NCBI GenBank assembly: GCA_017481595.1
Contig: JAFUOY010000017.1
Coordinates: forward strand, 5,117 to 69,116
Reading direction: 5' to 3'
DNA from: Clostridia bacterium
GTDB lineage: Bacteria > Bacillota > Clostridia > Oscillospirales > CAG-272
Length of the DNA: 64,000 nucleotides
Below are positions 37,676 to 47,293 of this stretch, piece after piece (positions within the stretch are counted from its first letter, which is position 1; every line of letters begins with the position of its first letter). Both the position numbers and the translations under genes were made by a program. The notes beneath the pieces were generated by a model. It had not been told where the DNA came from, did not search any database, and was given only the letters and a program-made list of their open reading frames with translations.

Positions 37676-39286
37676 TTATTGCTCCGTTGCAAGAAGGCTA
37701 AGCCAATATTTACCCTCTGTATCGCTGCTTGATAGCACCCCATTCTTTTCCGCCTCGTAAAGGGAGCAGGTTACAAAAATAGTCAAGGCGTTAGACAAAA
37801 AATTGCCCATCTGCCAATGGAGGTGCCTCGGTACGGACGCTTCGTATTCGTCAAGCACAAGCTTATAGGAGCTTTTTACAATATCGCAAACGCTTTTTGC
37901 AAATTCCTGCGCCATTGCCTCAAGCTCCCTTAATTCATTCTTACCTATATAGTAGTAATTCTGCGTAAAGGAGCCGTCCTTACTTACAAAGAGCTTCTTT
38001 TCAATAGCGATACTGAAAAGATACTTTTCATCTTCATTAAGCTTATCTATAACGCGCTCCCCCTTGATTATTTGTCTTAAAAGAGCAAATACCTCGTTTG
38101 GAATATCAAAATAATCCTGACTGTCAATACCGCTCCAATAGTGGAAAAAGCCTTGCGTAAAAGCGCTTCCAAGCTTATGGACGGGTCCGTCCCAACCGTG
38201 ATATTTTTCAAATTTCTTCGGGGACGTGTCGCTGTTATCAAATCCAAAGGCTATCCATTTGCCGCCGTTTGGACGTAAGGGAATATCGTTATAGTGAATG
38301 TAATTTATATTGTTGAAGTGCCTGTAATACTTTACGGTAAAATCCGCAAATACGGGTATATATACCCATAGCAAGCGGCTCCATTCAAAGCCCGCAGTAT
38401 TAAATCTTTCCTCAGTTAAAATATCCTTCTTTGATTCTATAAAAGTCATCAGATTTTTGTAAAAATCGGGGAAGGCGTGTGCGTATATCTTATTTCCTAT
38501 GCTTGGATTCTGTCCCGGGAGTATTACAAAATCCGTCTGATATTTTCCCTTTACAGTCTCCTTAAGAAGCTGATTTTTACAAAGATAATACACCTCGTCC
38601 TCAATATAAGGGGCGGAAATTCCAAGCTCCTCGCTAAGCTCCGTTATGCTTACGGGATCTTTATATGCGGCAAGTAAAATATTCTGCGCGGATTTTCTTT
38701 TTACGCAGGAAACAGGCTCCATATCAGCGCCTGGATTTCCCGTACAGGAAACGTAAAGCGCTCCGGGGCGGTAGCTTTTTTCTCCGTAATTTCTCATTGT
38801 ATTCATTCCTTTCTCAATAGCTTGTCTTGCATCGTGAAGCCACCATTTTACCGTTCCCTCGCTTTTACCGAGGGCTTTTCCTATATCCTCGCAGGACATA
38901 TTTTCAAAATAGTGCATAACGACGGCGCGTCGGTAATTTCCTGACATAAGGGACAGCTCCCGCCTTAAAAGATTTTTTTGCTCCTTTAATATGACCTCGT
39001 ATTCAACGTCCTCCTCGGAGATAAGCATATGGTCATAATAAACGGCGGAGCCTTTCTTTTTACTCCTCAGATAATTGAAGAACATATGGTTGGATATTTT
39101 CCATACGTATGCGTTTAAATTGTTTATTTTCTTGCCCGAGTGGATGGATTTTAATACCTCCAAGCATATATCCTGGGACAGATCCTCAATATCCGCCTCC
39201 GAGCGCAGCTTCATACGGCAAAAGCCGTAGATCTTTGGTATCATTTCTTTTTCAAAGGCAAGTAGTATAGCGTCCTTTTCTGTCAA
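37676..39286 (-). CDS. ECF sigma factor with a long C-terminal extension
   Basis: EDLSQDI (region 2), SCEDIGKALGKSEGTVKWWLHDAR (region 4); TTG start after GAGGTG. Confidence 0.85.
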   Translation of the reverse strand: MTEKDAILLAFEKEMIPKIYGFCRMKLRSEADIEDLSQDICLEVLKSIHSGKKINNLNAYVWKISNHMFFNYLRSKKKGSAVYYDHMLISEEDVEYEVILKEQKNLLRRELSLMSGNYRRAVVMHYFENMSCEDIGKALGKSEGTVKWWLHDARQAIEKGMNTMRNYGEKSYRPGALYVSCTGNPGADMEPVSCVKRKSAQNILLAAYKDPVSITELSEELGISAPYIEDEVYYLCKNQLLKETVKGKYQTDFVILPGQNPSIGNKIYAHAFPDFYKNLMTFIESKKDILTEERFNTAGFEWSRLLWVYIPVFADFTVKYYRHFNNINYIHYNDIPLRPNGGKWIAFGFDNSDTSPKKFEKYHGWDGPVHKLGSAFTQGFFHYWSGIDSQDYFDIPNEVFALLRQIIKGERVIDKLNEDEKYLFSIAIEKKLFVSKDGSFTQNYYYIGKNELRELEAMAQEFAKSVCDIVKSSYKLVLDEYEASVPRHLHWQMGNFLSNALTIFVTCSLYEAEKNGVLSSSDTEGKYWLSLLATEQ

Positions 39287-39612
39287 ATTTATCACCTCGC
39301 AAAATGTGAACTCAACATGTTGTTTCACCTATTGAGTAACCGAAGGGATGCCTCGGTTGGGAATTTTTTATCATTATACCAAAAAATTTTGTAAAATGCA
39401 AATTAAAGGAACTAAAGCGTCCTTTACGGCTCATTTTAGTCCATTTTTCGTTTTTTATTGCTTTTGGTAACCAAAATAAGTGGAAAAACATCATTTTTTT
39501 CACAAAACCATCACAAATTTATAAAAGAAACTTGAATTATACGCCCGCGTAATGTAAAATAAAGTGAGAGGCTGTGACCTTTTATTTATATTTTGAGATT
39601 GGAGTAACGGTT

Positions 39613-41535
39613 ATGTCAAAGGCAACAAAAATAAAGCTTTTATTGGTCATTGCGTTTTTCGTGGTTCTCATTTTGCTCGGTTGGTTCCTGCTTACCGAGG
39701 AAAACGTGGATATAATTGTTTGCGTTTTCAAAAACGATGATCTTACTAACGAGCAGATCCAGGATAAGCTGAGTCAGCTTGGCATACGCGGTAACATTAC
39801 CATATCCGTTCTTTCTATGCTTCAGGTGGTGCTTACCTTCCTCCCCTCTGAGCCTACGCAGGTTCTTGCGGGACTTACCTACGGCTTCTGGCACGGTCTT
39901 GCCTGCTGTATGGTGGGCGTTTTCCTCGGCAACTCTATCATCTTCGTCCTTTATAAGCTATTTGGCGACAAACTCAACGCCTACTTTGACAAGGAGCTTC
40001 ACCTTAATATAAACAAGCTGAGCAATTCTCATATTATTACCGTTGTTGTTGCCACACTTTATCTTTTGCCCGTTATTCCCTACGGTATGATATGCTTCTT
40101 TGCGGCAACCATGAGGATGAAATATCCTAAATACATTGCTACCACCGTACTTCTTTCAACCCCCTCCGTCGCTATTGGAGTAATTCTTGGCCACACGGCG
40201 CTTGCTACAAGCTGGAAGGTTTCCCTTTCTATCTTTATCATTCTCGTTTTGCTTATCGTTGTTTTCGTAATAAAGAAAAAAGCCTTTTTTGCCTGGCTCA
40301 ACGACTATATTGACAACTCCCGCGACGTAATGTCGGGCAGATTTACGGTAAAATCCTATCACAGAAGAAATCTTCACCTTCCTTTCTTTGTAAGCCGCAT
40401 ACTTATGCACGGCAAGGTAAAGGTAAAATACAACTACAAGGTAAAGGATATTGAAAAGCCGTCTATTACCCTTGTAAATCACGGCTCGTTTATAGACTTT
40501 GCTTACGCAGGAGCTATGCTTCGTAAGCACGCGCCGAACTTTGTGGTTGCAAGACTTTATTTCTACAAAAAGCTTTACAGAAACTTCCTTCGTAATTTTG
40601 GCTGCTTCCCCAAGAGTATGTTCTGCGCCGACCTTGAAAGTGCGAAAAACTGCTTACAGGTATTGAAGCGAGGCAGAGCCCTTGCTATGATGCCCGAGGC
40701 AAGACTTTCAACCGTAGGCCGCTTTGAGGATATTCAGGAGGGCACCTACGCCTTTCTTAAGAAGGCGGGGGTTACCGTCTACGTAATAAAGCTTGAGGGC
40801 GACTACTTTGCAAGACCCAAATGGGGCGATAAGCTAAGAAAGGGTGCTTACGTTGAGGCAACTCTTGATACTCTTATCGATAAAGAGGAGCTTGCCGGAT
40901 TAAGCGTTGACCAGATAAAGGAAAGAGTAGAGAAGGCGCTTTATTTTGACGAGTTTGAATGGCTCAAGGAGCATCCCGAAATACACTATAAGTCCAAAAC
41001 TCTTGCAGTAGGACTTGAAAACATAATCAATCACTGTCCCGCTTGTAACGAAAAATACACCATAAGAACAAAGGGTAACGACGTATACTGCGAAAAATGC
41101 GGTATGAGGCTTACTCTTAACGACAGATACGGCTTTGAGCCAAACGAATATTTTGAAAACTTTGCCAAGTGGTACGATTGGCAAAAGGAAGAATTCCGCC
41201 GAAGAATGATAGAGGACGAAAGCTTCGCCCTTGTGTCCAAGGTGGAGCTTAAGAACAGCGCAAAGGACGGAAGGCGCGCTCTTTATACCGCAGGTCACGG
41301 CGTTTGCACTCTTAACCGAGAGGGACTTACATACGTTGGCACCCGTGACGGAGTGGAAATCACCAAGCATTTCCCGTTAAATGACATCTACCGCTTGCTC
41401 TTTGGCGCAGGCGAGGACTTCGAGATATACGAGGGCAAGGAGATATACTATTTCATCCCCGAGGAAAAGCGAAGCTGTGTAGATTGGTATATTGTCAGCG
41501 GACTCCTCAAGGAGCCTGTGGCTTTGGAGGTGTGA
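39613..41535 (+). CDS. DedA/VTT-domain plus PlsC-type acyltransferase fusion
   Basis: FLPSEPTQVLAGLTYG and LLPVIPYG (VTT); NHGSFID (HxxxxD) and MPEARLS (LPLAT); CPAC..CEKC. Confidence 0.82.
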   Translation: MSKATKIKLLLVIAFFVVLILLGWFLLTEENVDIIVCVFKNDDLTNEQIQDKLSQLGIRGNITISVLSMLQVVLTFLPSEPTQVLAGLTYGFWHGLACCMVGVFLGNSIIFVLYKLFGDKLNAYFDKELHLNINKLSNSHIITVVVATLYLLPVIPYGMICFFAATMRMKYPKYIATTVLLSTPSVAIGVILGHTALATSWKVSLSIFIILVLLIVVFVIKKKAFFAWLNDYIDNSRDVMSGRFTVKSYHRRNLHLPFFVSRILMHGKVKVKYNYKVKDIEKPSITLVNHGSFIDFAYAGAMLRKHAPNFVVARLYFYKKLYRNFLRNFGCFPKSMFCADLESAKNCLQVLKRGRALAMMPEARLSTVGRFEDIQEGTYAFLKKAGVTVYVIKLEGDYFARPKWGDKLRKGAYVEATLDTLIDKEELAGLSVDQIKERVEKALYFDEFEWLKEHPEIHYKSKTLAVGLENIINHCPACNEKYTIRTKGNDVYCEKCGMRLTLNDRYGFEPNEYFENFAKWYDWQKEEFRRRMIEDESFALVSKVELKNSAKDGRRALYTAGHGVCTLNREGLTYVGTRDGVEITKHFPLNDIYRLLFGAGEDFEIYEGKEIYYFIPEEKRSCVDWYIVSGLLKEPVALEV

Positions 41536-41536
41536 T

Positions 41537-42967
41537 ATGGAAAAAAATAAGCAAAAATCCTTTTCAAGTATAGGTCTGCGCTCGTTTCTTATAGTTATTA
41601 TTCTTTTAACTGTAGTAATAGCCGTTAGCGGAGCGTTATCCTACTTTATTCCCCAGGGTGAATTTCAAAAGGATGAAAGCGGAGCTATCATCCCCGGCAG
41701 CTACGTTGAGGGAGAGGTAAACGGAATTGCCATATGGCGTATAATTACCGCCCCTGTTCGCGTTTTTGCCTCAGAGGATTCCCTTACCATCATAATGATA
41801 AGCCTGTTTTTGCTCATTATGAGCGGTGCGTTCAATATCCTTGATAAGACCAACGGTATAAAGGTATTTATCGGACGTCTTATAAGCCGACTTTCGGGAA
41901 AAGTGGCACCCCTTGTATGTATTTGCGTTCTCGTGTTTATGCTTTTCGGTAGCTTTTTCGGTATGTTTGAGGAGCTTTGCACCCTTATCCCATTGGTAGT
42001 TGTCCTGATGCTTTCCTTGGGTATGGATACCATGACGGGCTTGGGCGCTTGTATGCTTGCGGCTTGCTTTGGCTTTTCCGCCGCTATTACAAACCCCTTT
42101 TCCGTAGGACTTGCCTCCTCCGTTGCAGGCTCCGACCCTATGGACGGCGTATGGTTAAGAATAGTATTCTTTATTCTTACCTACGGACTCCTTTGCGTAT
42201 TTTTACTGTTCCACATACGTACAATTAAAAAGGATCCTACCCGCTCCCTGACCTATGAAAGCGATATTGAAAAGAGAAAGAGCCTCGGCAACCTTGAAAC
42301 CGACACCATTCCAAACAGCGGCAGAATTTTCAAGGTTTATTCCGTATTCTTTGCAGTTCAGCTTACCGTGCTTATACTTATCGCCTCCGTGCGCGCAATA
42401 TCGGGACTTGCAATTCCCATCCTTTGCGTAAGCTTCCTTTTCGGCGGTATCATTTGCGGACTACTTGCAAGCGATGATAAAAAGGCGGTGTTCAAATACT
42501 TCGGTAGCGGCGTGGTTTCTATGCTTCCTGCCGTGATTATGATCGCTATGGCGTCCTCCGTTAAGCTTATAATGGCGGAGAGCAAGATAATTGACACTAT
42601 AATGAACGTGGTTATAAACACTCTTGAGGGTAAGGGAAAATTCTTCTCTGTAATTCTTATCTATTTCCTTATTCTTATCTTGCAGATATTTATCGGCTCT
42701 GCTTCTGCAAAAATAATGCTGGTAGTTCCCATAGTTGCTCCCATTTGCGCATCCCTTGGCATCTCTCCCGCATTGTTCATTCTTGCGTACTGTATGGCAG
42801 ACGGCTTTACGGACGTTATCATCCCTACAAATCCCATTTTGCTCGTCGGTCTTTCTATGGCTAACGTATCTTACACAAAGTGGGTAAAATGGACGTGGAA
42901 GCTTCAGCTCATCGTCTTTGCTTTGACTATCGGAGTTCTGTTCTTCGGAACCTGTATAGGATATTAA
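41537..42967 (+). CDS. YfcC/ArcD-like (IT superfamily) transporter
   Basis: IPQGEF, FGMFEE, NPFSVGLAS, IGSASAK, IPTN, YTKWVKW. Confidence 0.82.
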   Translation: MEKNKQKSFSSIGLRSFLIVIILLTVVIAVSGALSYFIPQGEFQKDESGAIIPGSYVEGEVNGIAIWRIITAPVRVFASEDSLTIIMISLFLLIMSGAFNILDKTNGIKVFIGRLISRLSGKVAPLVCICVLVFMLFGSFFGMFEELCTLIPLVVVLMLSLGMDTMTGLGACMLAACFGFSAAITNPFSVGLASSVAGSDPMDGVWLRIVFFILTYGLLCVFLLFHIRTIKKDPTRSLTYESDIEKRKSLGNLETDTIPNSGRIFKVYSVFFAVQLTVLILIASVRAISGLAIPILCVSFLFGGIICGLLASDDKKAVFKYFGSGVVSMLPAVIMIAMASSVKLIMAESKIIDTIMNVVINTLEGKGKFFSVILIYFLILILQIFIGSASAKIMLVVPIVAPICASLGISPALFILAYCMADGFTDVIIPTNPILLVGLSMANVSYTKWVKWTWKLQLIVFALTIGVLFFGTCIGY

Positions 42968-42996
42968 AATTTTTATTATAAAGGAGACAAAGAAAA

Positions 42997-43608
42997 ATGA
43001 TTTCTCGTTCTGAGCTTCGCGCAAGAGCAAGACAGACTCTTGGCGGCAAAATTTTTGGCAACCAGTGGCTCTTCCCACTCCTTGTTGCCCTTATTATCAA
43101 CGCTGTAACAGCGTTTGCAGGTGGCACCTTCGTCCTTGCTATCGTATTGACAGGCTCAATTATGGTAGGCTCTGCAGCTTACTTTATTGGTATCGTACGC
43201 GGTAATAAGGCTGATGACCTTAATCCCCTTCTTGACGGCGTTAAGGAGGACTTTGGCGGCAATCTTGTTACAGGCTTACTCGTTACACTTTTCACATTCC
43301 TTTGGTCCTTGCTCTTTATCATTCCCGGTATCGTTAAGTCATATTCCTACGCTATGACCTACTTTATCAAAAAGGATAACCCCGGTATGACAGGTCAGCA
43401 GGCTATTACGGAGAGCAGAAAAATGATGAAGGGCTATAAGTGGAAGCTCTTTATGCTTGACCTTTCCTTTATCGGATGGTATATCGTAGGCGCTCTTTGT
43501 CTTGGTATCGGTACTCTTTGGGTAATTCCTTATCACCAGACTGCAAGAGCTCACTTCTACGAGGAGCTTAAGGGAATACCCGCGGTTGAAGCTGCGTCCG
43601 CTGAATAA
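42997..43608 (+). CDS. DUF975 family membrane protein
   Basis: LWSLLFIIPGIVKSYSYAM, SRKMMKGYKWKLFMLDLSFIGW, PY..TARAHFY. Confidence 0.88.
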   Translation: MISRSELRARARQTLGGKIFGNQWLFPLLVALIINAVTAFAGGTFVLAIVLTGSIMVGSAAYFIGIVRGNKADDLNPLLDGVKEDFGGNLVTGLLVTLFTFLWSLLFIIPGIVKSYSYAMTYFIKKDNPGMTGQQAITESRKMMKGYKWKLFMLDLSFIGWYIVGALCLGIGTLWVIPYHQTARAHFYEELKGIPAVEAASAE

Positions 43609-43651
43609 TTACATACAAAATCATATAAAACGTACCCTAAAGGACAGTTTT

Positions 43652-43691
43652 CAAAATACGGTGTATCTCGAAAGAGGTATGCCGTATTTTG
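43652..43691 (+). terminator. Intrinsic terminator
   Basis: CAAAATACGGTGTATCTC-GAAA-GAGGTATGCCGTATTTTG. Confidence 0.75.
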
Positions 43692-43754
43692 CATTTGTGT
43701 CCACAAATGCAGTGCTTGCCAGGAAAATTGATTAGGCATAGGTGAACTAAAAAT

Positions 43755-43934
43755 GGCTCCCTTGTGTAAAGGGTGATTCCCCACAGTGTGGTGAAATGTC
43801 TGCACAGCAGACAAAAGGGCTGGCACGTAGTGTGTCAGCGAAGGCGGCTGAGGGATTGTTTCCGCGCTAAAACTAACTTTTGCAATCCCTCCGTCACGCT
43901 ATCGCGTGCCACCTCCCTTTACACAAGGGTGGCT
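43755..43934. repeat. REP-like family 3 inverted doublet with an internal insert
   Basis: GGCTCCCTTGTGTAAAGGG...GAGGGATTG / CAATCCCTC...CCCTTTACACAAGGGTGGCT. Confidence 0.8.
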
Positions 43935-44023
43935 CTACTACTACTTGACATTATATGGAGAATATGATATAACTATAATATATTAAATCAACAGTAATAT
44001 TCAAGCAAAAAGGAGATGTAATT

Positions 44024-44434
44024 ATGACATTAAAAAAATATTGTGAACAGAACAATTTAGATCAGAACAAGGTTTTTAACATGGTGCTTGCAAGAGGGGG
44101 CGATATTCTTCCTACAGTTACTGCCTTTACGGGATATATTGCAGAGATTAGAGATGAATGTTTAGTTTGTACAAATGATAAACTTAATGTATTCAACAAA
44201 GAAATTCCGTTTTCTTCTTTTCAAAGCGCGGAGTTCGGTATTGGAAGCGGACAGCTTTGGCTTCAATGCATTGTCGATGGCAATGAGTTTATTTTCTGCT
44301 CTCCCAGAAAAAGTTGGAAATCTCCTGCCGCGAAGTTGCTTCTTGAAAAAATAGGAGAAAAAACTGAAATTTTAAGTATGAAAGAATATGATAAGTACAC
44401 CGGAAAACTGTTTTTTATCTATATGTTTAAATAA
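44024..44434 (+). CDS. Hypothetical protein (AT-rich gene)
   Basis: AGGAG RBS; own TTGACA-17-TATAAC promoter at 43945; terminator near 44477-44516. Confidence 0.75.
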   Translation: MTLKKYCEQNNLDQNKVFNMVLARGGDILPTVTAFTGYIAEIRDECLVCTNDKLNVFNKEIPFSSFQSAEFGIGSGQLWLQCIVDGNEFIFCSPRKSWKSPAAKLLLEKIGEKTEILSMKEYDKYTGKLFFIYMFK

Positions 44435-44617
44435 ATCCATATGGGCAAACTTGCGCCCCTGAATATTCTTATTGCATACAAAATGCACCGCTGATTTTTC
44501 AACGGTGCATTTTGTATTGGTTTTTTTAGAAAATTTTTTCTTTCGTTTTCCTGTCGGTAGGTAACGTATTCTTAAAACTGTCCATAAGGACACAACGCGT
44601 AAGATACTGTTTTTGTT

Positions 44618-45574
44618 TTAAAAATTATATTTTTTTCCTTGATAAGAGCCGCGTCTGTACAGCTCCTTGTCAATATCGTTTATAACGGAGGTCTTTTTTA
44701 AGCTCCATAGGGGGGATAAAAGGCTATCCTTGATTCCGTCGCCCGTAACTCTTTCAACCACCGTGTCGGGGCATAAAAGCTCAAGCTGATCGCATACTAT
44801 ATTTACGTATTCATCCTTTTCGAGGGGGGTGTAAATACCTTTTTCATACATCTTTGCAAGGGGAGTGTCTTTTATTACGTGTAAAAGGTGTATTTTTATA
44901 ATGTCGGGGTTAAGCGCCCTTACGTCAACCGCCGTTTTCAGCATATCCTCCCTGCTCTCTTCGGGTAAGCCGTCTATTATGTGTACGGCAATTTTAACAC
45001 GGGGCGCAATTTTTCTGAGCCTTGCAAAGCAGTCTGTAAACTCATCGTAGGTGTGGCATCTGTTTATTCTTTTTGCCGTTTCGTCATTGGAGCTTTGAAG
45101 CCCCAATTCTACGGTAACGGGTATTTTTTCGGACACGTCCCTAAGGATCTCTATTTTTTCATCCTCAAGACAGTCGGCTCTTGTAGCTATATCTATCATT
45201 ACCGCGCCGTCAAATTCCCGTATCTCGTTAAGTATCCTTTTGAAATTGTCGGGGGAGGTGTATGAATTTGTGTACGCCTGAAGATAGGGAATAAATTTCG
45301 TTACGTCCCATTTTGAACGGATCTTCTGTATTTGCTCCGTATATTGGGTAAAAAGGGGCAATAATTCGTTGCATCCTGCGCTTCTGCTGCCGCCCGAGCA
45401 ATAAATACATCCGCCGACTCCGCGGCTGCCGTCTATATTGGGACAGGTAAATCCTGCGTCAAGGGTTATTTTTGCGCACTTTTGCCCAAAGGTACGGCGC
45501 AGATAATAATCGTACGTATAATATCTTTTGTTCGTATCACTGTTTTTAAAAGGATTGTCAGTTACCTGCGACAT
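44618..45574 (-). CDS. TIGR01212 (YhcC/YtqA) radical SAM protein
   Basis: DAGFTCPNIDG...GGCIYC, YLQAYTNSY, VELGLQS, IKIHLLHV. Confidence 0.92.
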   Translation of the reverse strand: MSQVTDNPFKNSDTNKRYYTYDYYLRRTFGQKCAKITLDAGFTCPNIDGSRGVGGCIYCSGGSRSAGCNELLPLFTQYTEQIQKIRSKWDVTKFIPYLQAYTNSYTSPDNFKRILNEIREFDGAVMIDIATRADCLEDEKIEILRDVSEKIPVTVELGLQSSNDETAKRINRCHTYDEFTDCFARLRKIAPRVKIAVHIIDGLPEESREDMLKTAVDVRALNPDIIKIHLLHVIKDTPLAKMYEKGIYTPLEKDEYVNIVCDQLELLCPDTVVERVTGDGIKDSLLSPLWSLKKTSVINDIDKELYRRGSYQGKKYNF

Positions 45575-45654
45575 ATTCTTACCCCCTGTGCCGATTTTGT
45601 CCTATATATTTTAACACGTTTGATAAAATTGTTCAATATAAAATAAAAAATTAC

Positions 45655-45683
45655 TTGACAAATAAAAATCCTTCTGCTATAAT
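45655..45683 (+). promoter_or_regulatory. Consensus sigma-A promoter of tRNA-Thr
   Basis: TTGACA-17 nt-TATAAT with TG. Confidence 0.85.
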
Positions 45684-45700
45684 ACAATAGCAAATAGCGT

Positions 45701-45776
45701 GCTACTGTGGCTCAGTTGGTAGAGCACATCCTTGGTAAGGATGAGGTCACCGGTTCGATTCCGGTCAGTAGCTCCA
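45701..45776 (+). tRNA. tRNA-Thr(GGT)
   Basis: Acceptor GCTACTG/CAGTAGC, anticodon arm CATCC-TTGGTAA-GGATG, TTCGATT, CCA. Confidence 0.97.
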
Positions 45777-46015
45777 AAATCCCGCACATCTGTGCGGGAT
45801 TTTTTGCTTTTATATCTTGGCTTTTCAAGGGCGCGGTCTGCTGTTTTTAACATAATTCCTTTTCCTCTTGTGCAAAAACACGAAAAAAAATTAAAAAACC
45901 CCCAAAAAACGGAGGTTATTTGTTTAAAATGACAAGATATTGTAAAAAATTTATTGACAAGTAAGCGATAGTATGATAATATATTATAAATAACGGTATT
46001 CGGGAGGATTGCTAC

Positions 46016-46471
46016 ATGGAAATTGCCATAATTGCAGATGACACAAAAAAAGAACTGATCACGCAGCTTTGTATAGCATATTGCGGTATTTTGAGTAAGC
46101 ATTCTATTTGTGCTACCAGCACTACCGGTGCTTATATTTCAGAAGCAACAGGCTTAAAAATAGAAAAGCTGCTTTCAGGTACCCACGGCGGAGAACAGCA
46201 GATCGCCTCAAGGATCGCCTTTGACGAGATCGACGTATTGTTTTATTTCCGCGCCGCTAACCCTTATAAGGATAGCAGAGACGTAAACGCCCGTATGGAT
46301 ATTGAACAAAATCTGCTTCGCCTTTGCGACGTTCATAACGTTCCCGTTGCTACAAATATTGCAACTGCGGAAATTATCGTTACCGCCCTTGAAAGAGGCG
46401 AGCTTGATTACAGAAACTTTATCAATCCCCGCTCGGAATATAATATAAAGAAAAGAAATATCAAATACTGA
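46016..46471 (+). CDS. Methylglyoxal synthase-like protein with a degenerate active site
   Basis: MGS-family motifs ATSTTG, GGEQQI, LLRLCDVHNVPVATN. Confidence 0.85.
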   Translation: MEIAIIADDTKKELITQLCIAYCGILSKHSICATSTTGAYISEATGLKIEKLLSGTHGGEQQIASRIAFDEIDVLFYFRAANPYKDSRDVNARMDIEQNLLRLCDVHNVPVATNIATAEIIVTALERGELDYRNFINPRSEYNIKKRNIKY

Positions 46472-46540
46472 TAAAAAGCCGATACGAATATCGGCTTTTT
46501 TTAAATTTCAAAAGAGATTATGTTTTTGTTTGCTTTGATT

Positions 46541-46822
46541 AGCCTTCACCTTGAGGGGATGGTCCAGACCAGCCTCTCTTGACGCTTTGCGTCAATTCAC
46601 CTTCAGGTGGATGCGTAGCAGACGGATGAGGTGTTTCCTGACATAAACAAATTATATGCGGACGACCAATGGTCGCCCCTACGGCGAAGCCATCTTATCA
46701 CTTATCACCTATCACTTCTCACTTTTCCTTGCCTTCCCCAGTGGGGGAAGGGGCGAACGAAGGCAAATATAAGAGAAGAGTGAAGAGTGAAAAGTGAAGA
46801 GTGAAAAGATAAGAGATAAGAG
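46541..46822. repeat. Composite: family-1 REP with 45-nt insert, GTAG REP, heptamer tracts around a partial REP
   Basis: REP 46541-46630; GCGGACGACCAATGGTCGCCCCTAC 46658-46682; (CTTATCA)n 46694-46725; (AAGAGTG/AAGAGAT)n 46771-46822. Confidence 0.8.
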
Positions 46823-46863
46823 AAAAAACAAAACACCCGACCTTAGTAAGGTCGGGTATGATT

Positions 46864-47088
46864 TTATTCAATATCCAAGGTATTAAGCAATTCCTTAAGA
46901 TTCTTCAGCTCTTCTGTTGTAAGAGTGATACCCTTACCGAGCTTTTCGTGGCCTTCCTGCCAAGCGCGAATATCGTAAATAGGCTCACGGTCATTCCAGC
47001 TAACAAGGTTAACCTCTTTAACCCAACCGCTGTTGCTCTCGGAGATTGTACCGAAATTTTTCACGATCTCAAATTTGAACTCGGGCAT
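46864..47088 (-). CDS. YdbC/PC4-family ssDNA-binding protein
   Basis: GWVKEVNLVSWN, YDIRAW, GKGITL; start MPEFKF after GGAGG. Confidence 0.9.
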   Translation of the reverse strand: MPEFKFEIVKNFGTISESNSGWVKEVNLVSWNDREPIYDIRAWQEGHEKLGKGITLTTEELKNLKELLNTLDIE

Positions 47089-47293
47089 TTGTCTGATCCT
47101 CCTCCATAAAGATTTATAGATGAAATTCATCTCTTACGGGAGTATTGTAACACATAATTATACAAATTGCAATATAAATTTCATATTTTATTATATTATT
47201 TTATAATATTTTAATAAATAATATAAAGGAGGTCAACGGTAACCCGTTCAACCTCCTTTGATATTGATTTTAGTATCAGAAGCCATTTGAAGA

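Noticed and set aside
45701-45810. Integrated element at tRNA-Thr
   Set aside because: No integrase or duplicated tRNA 3' end; a terminator and a housekeeping-like gene follow directly.
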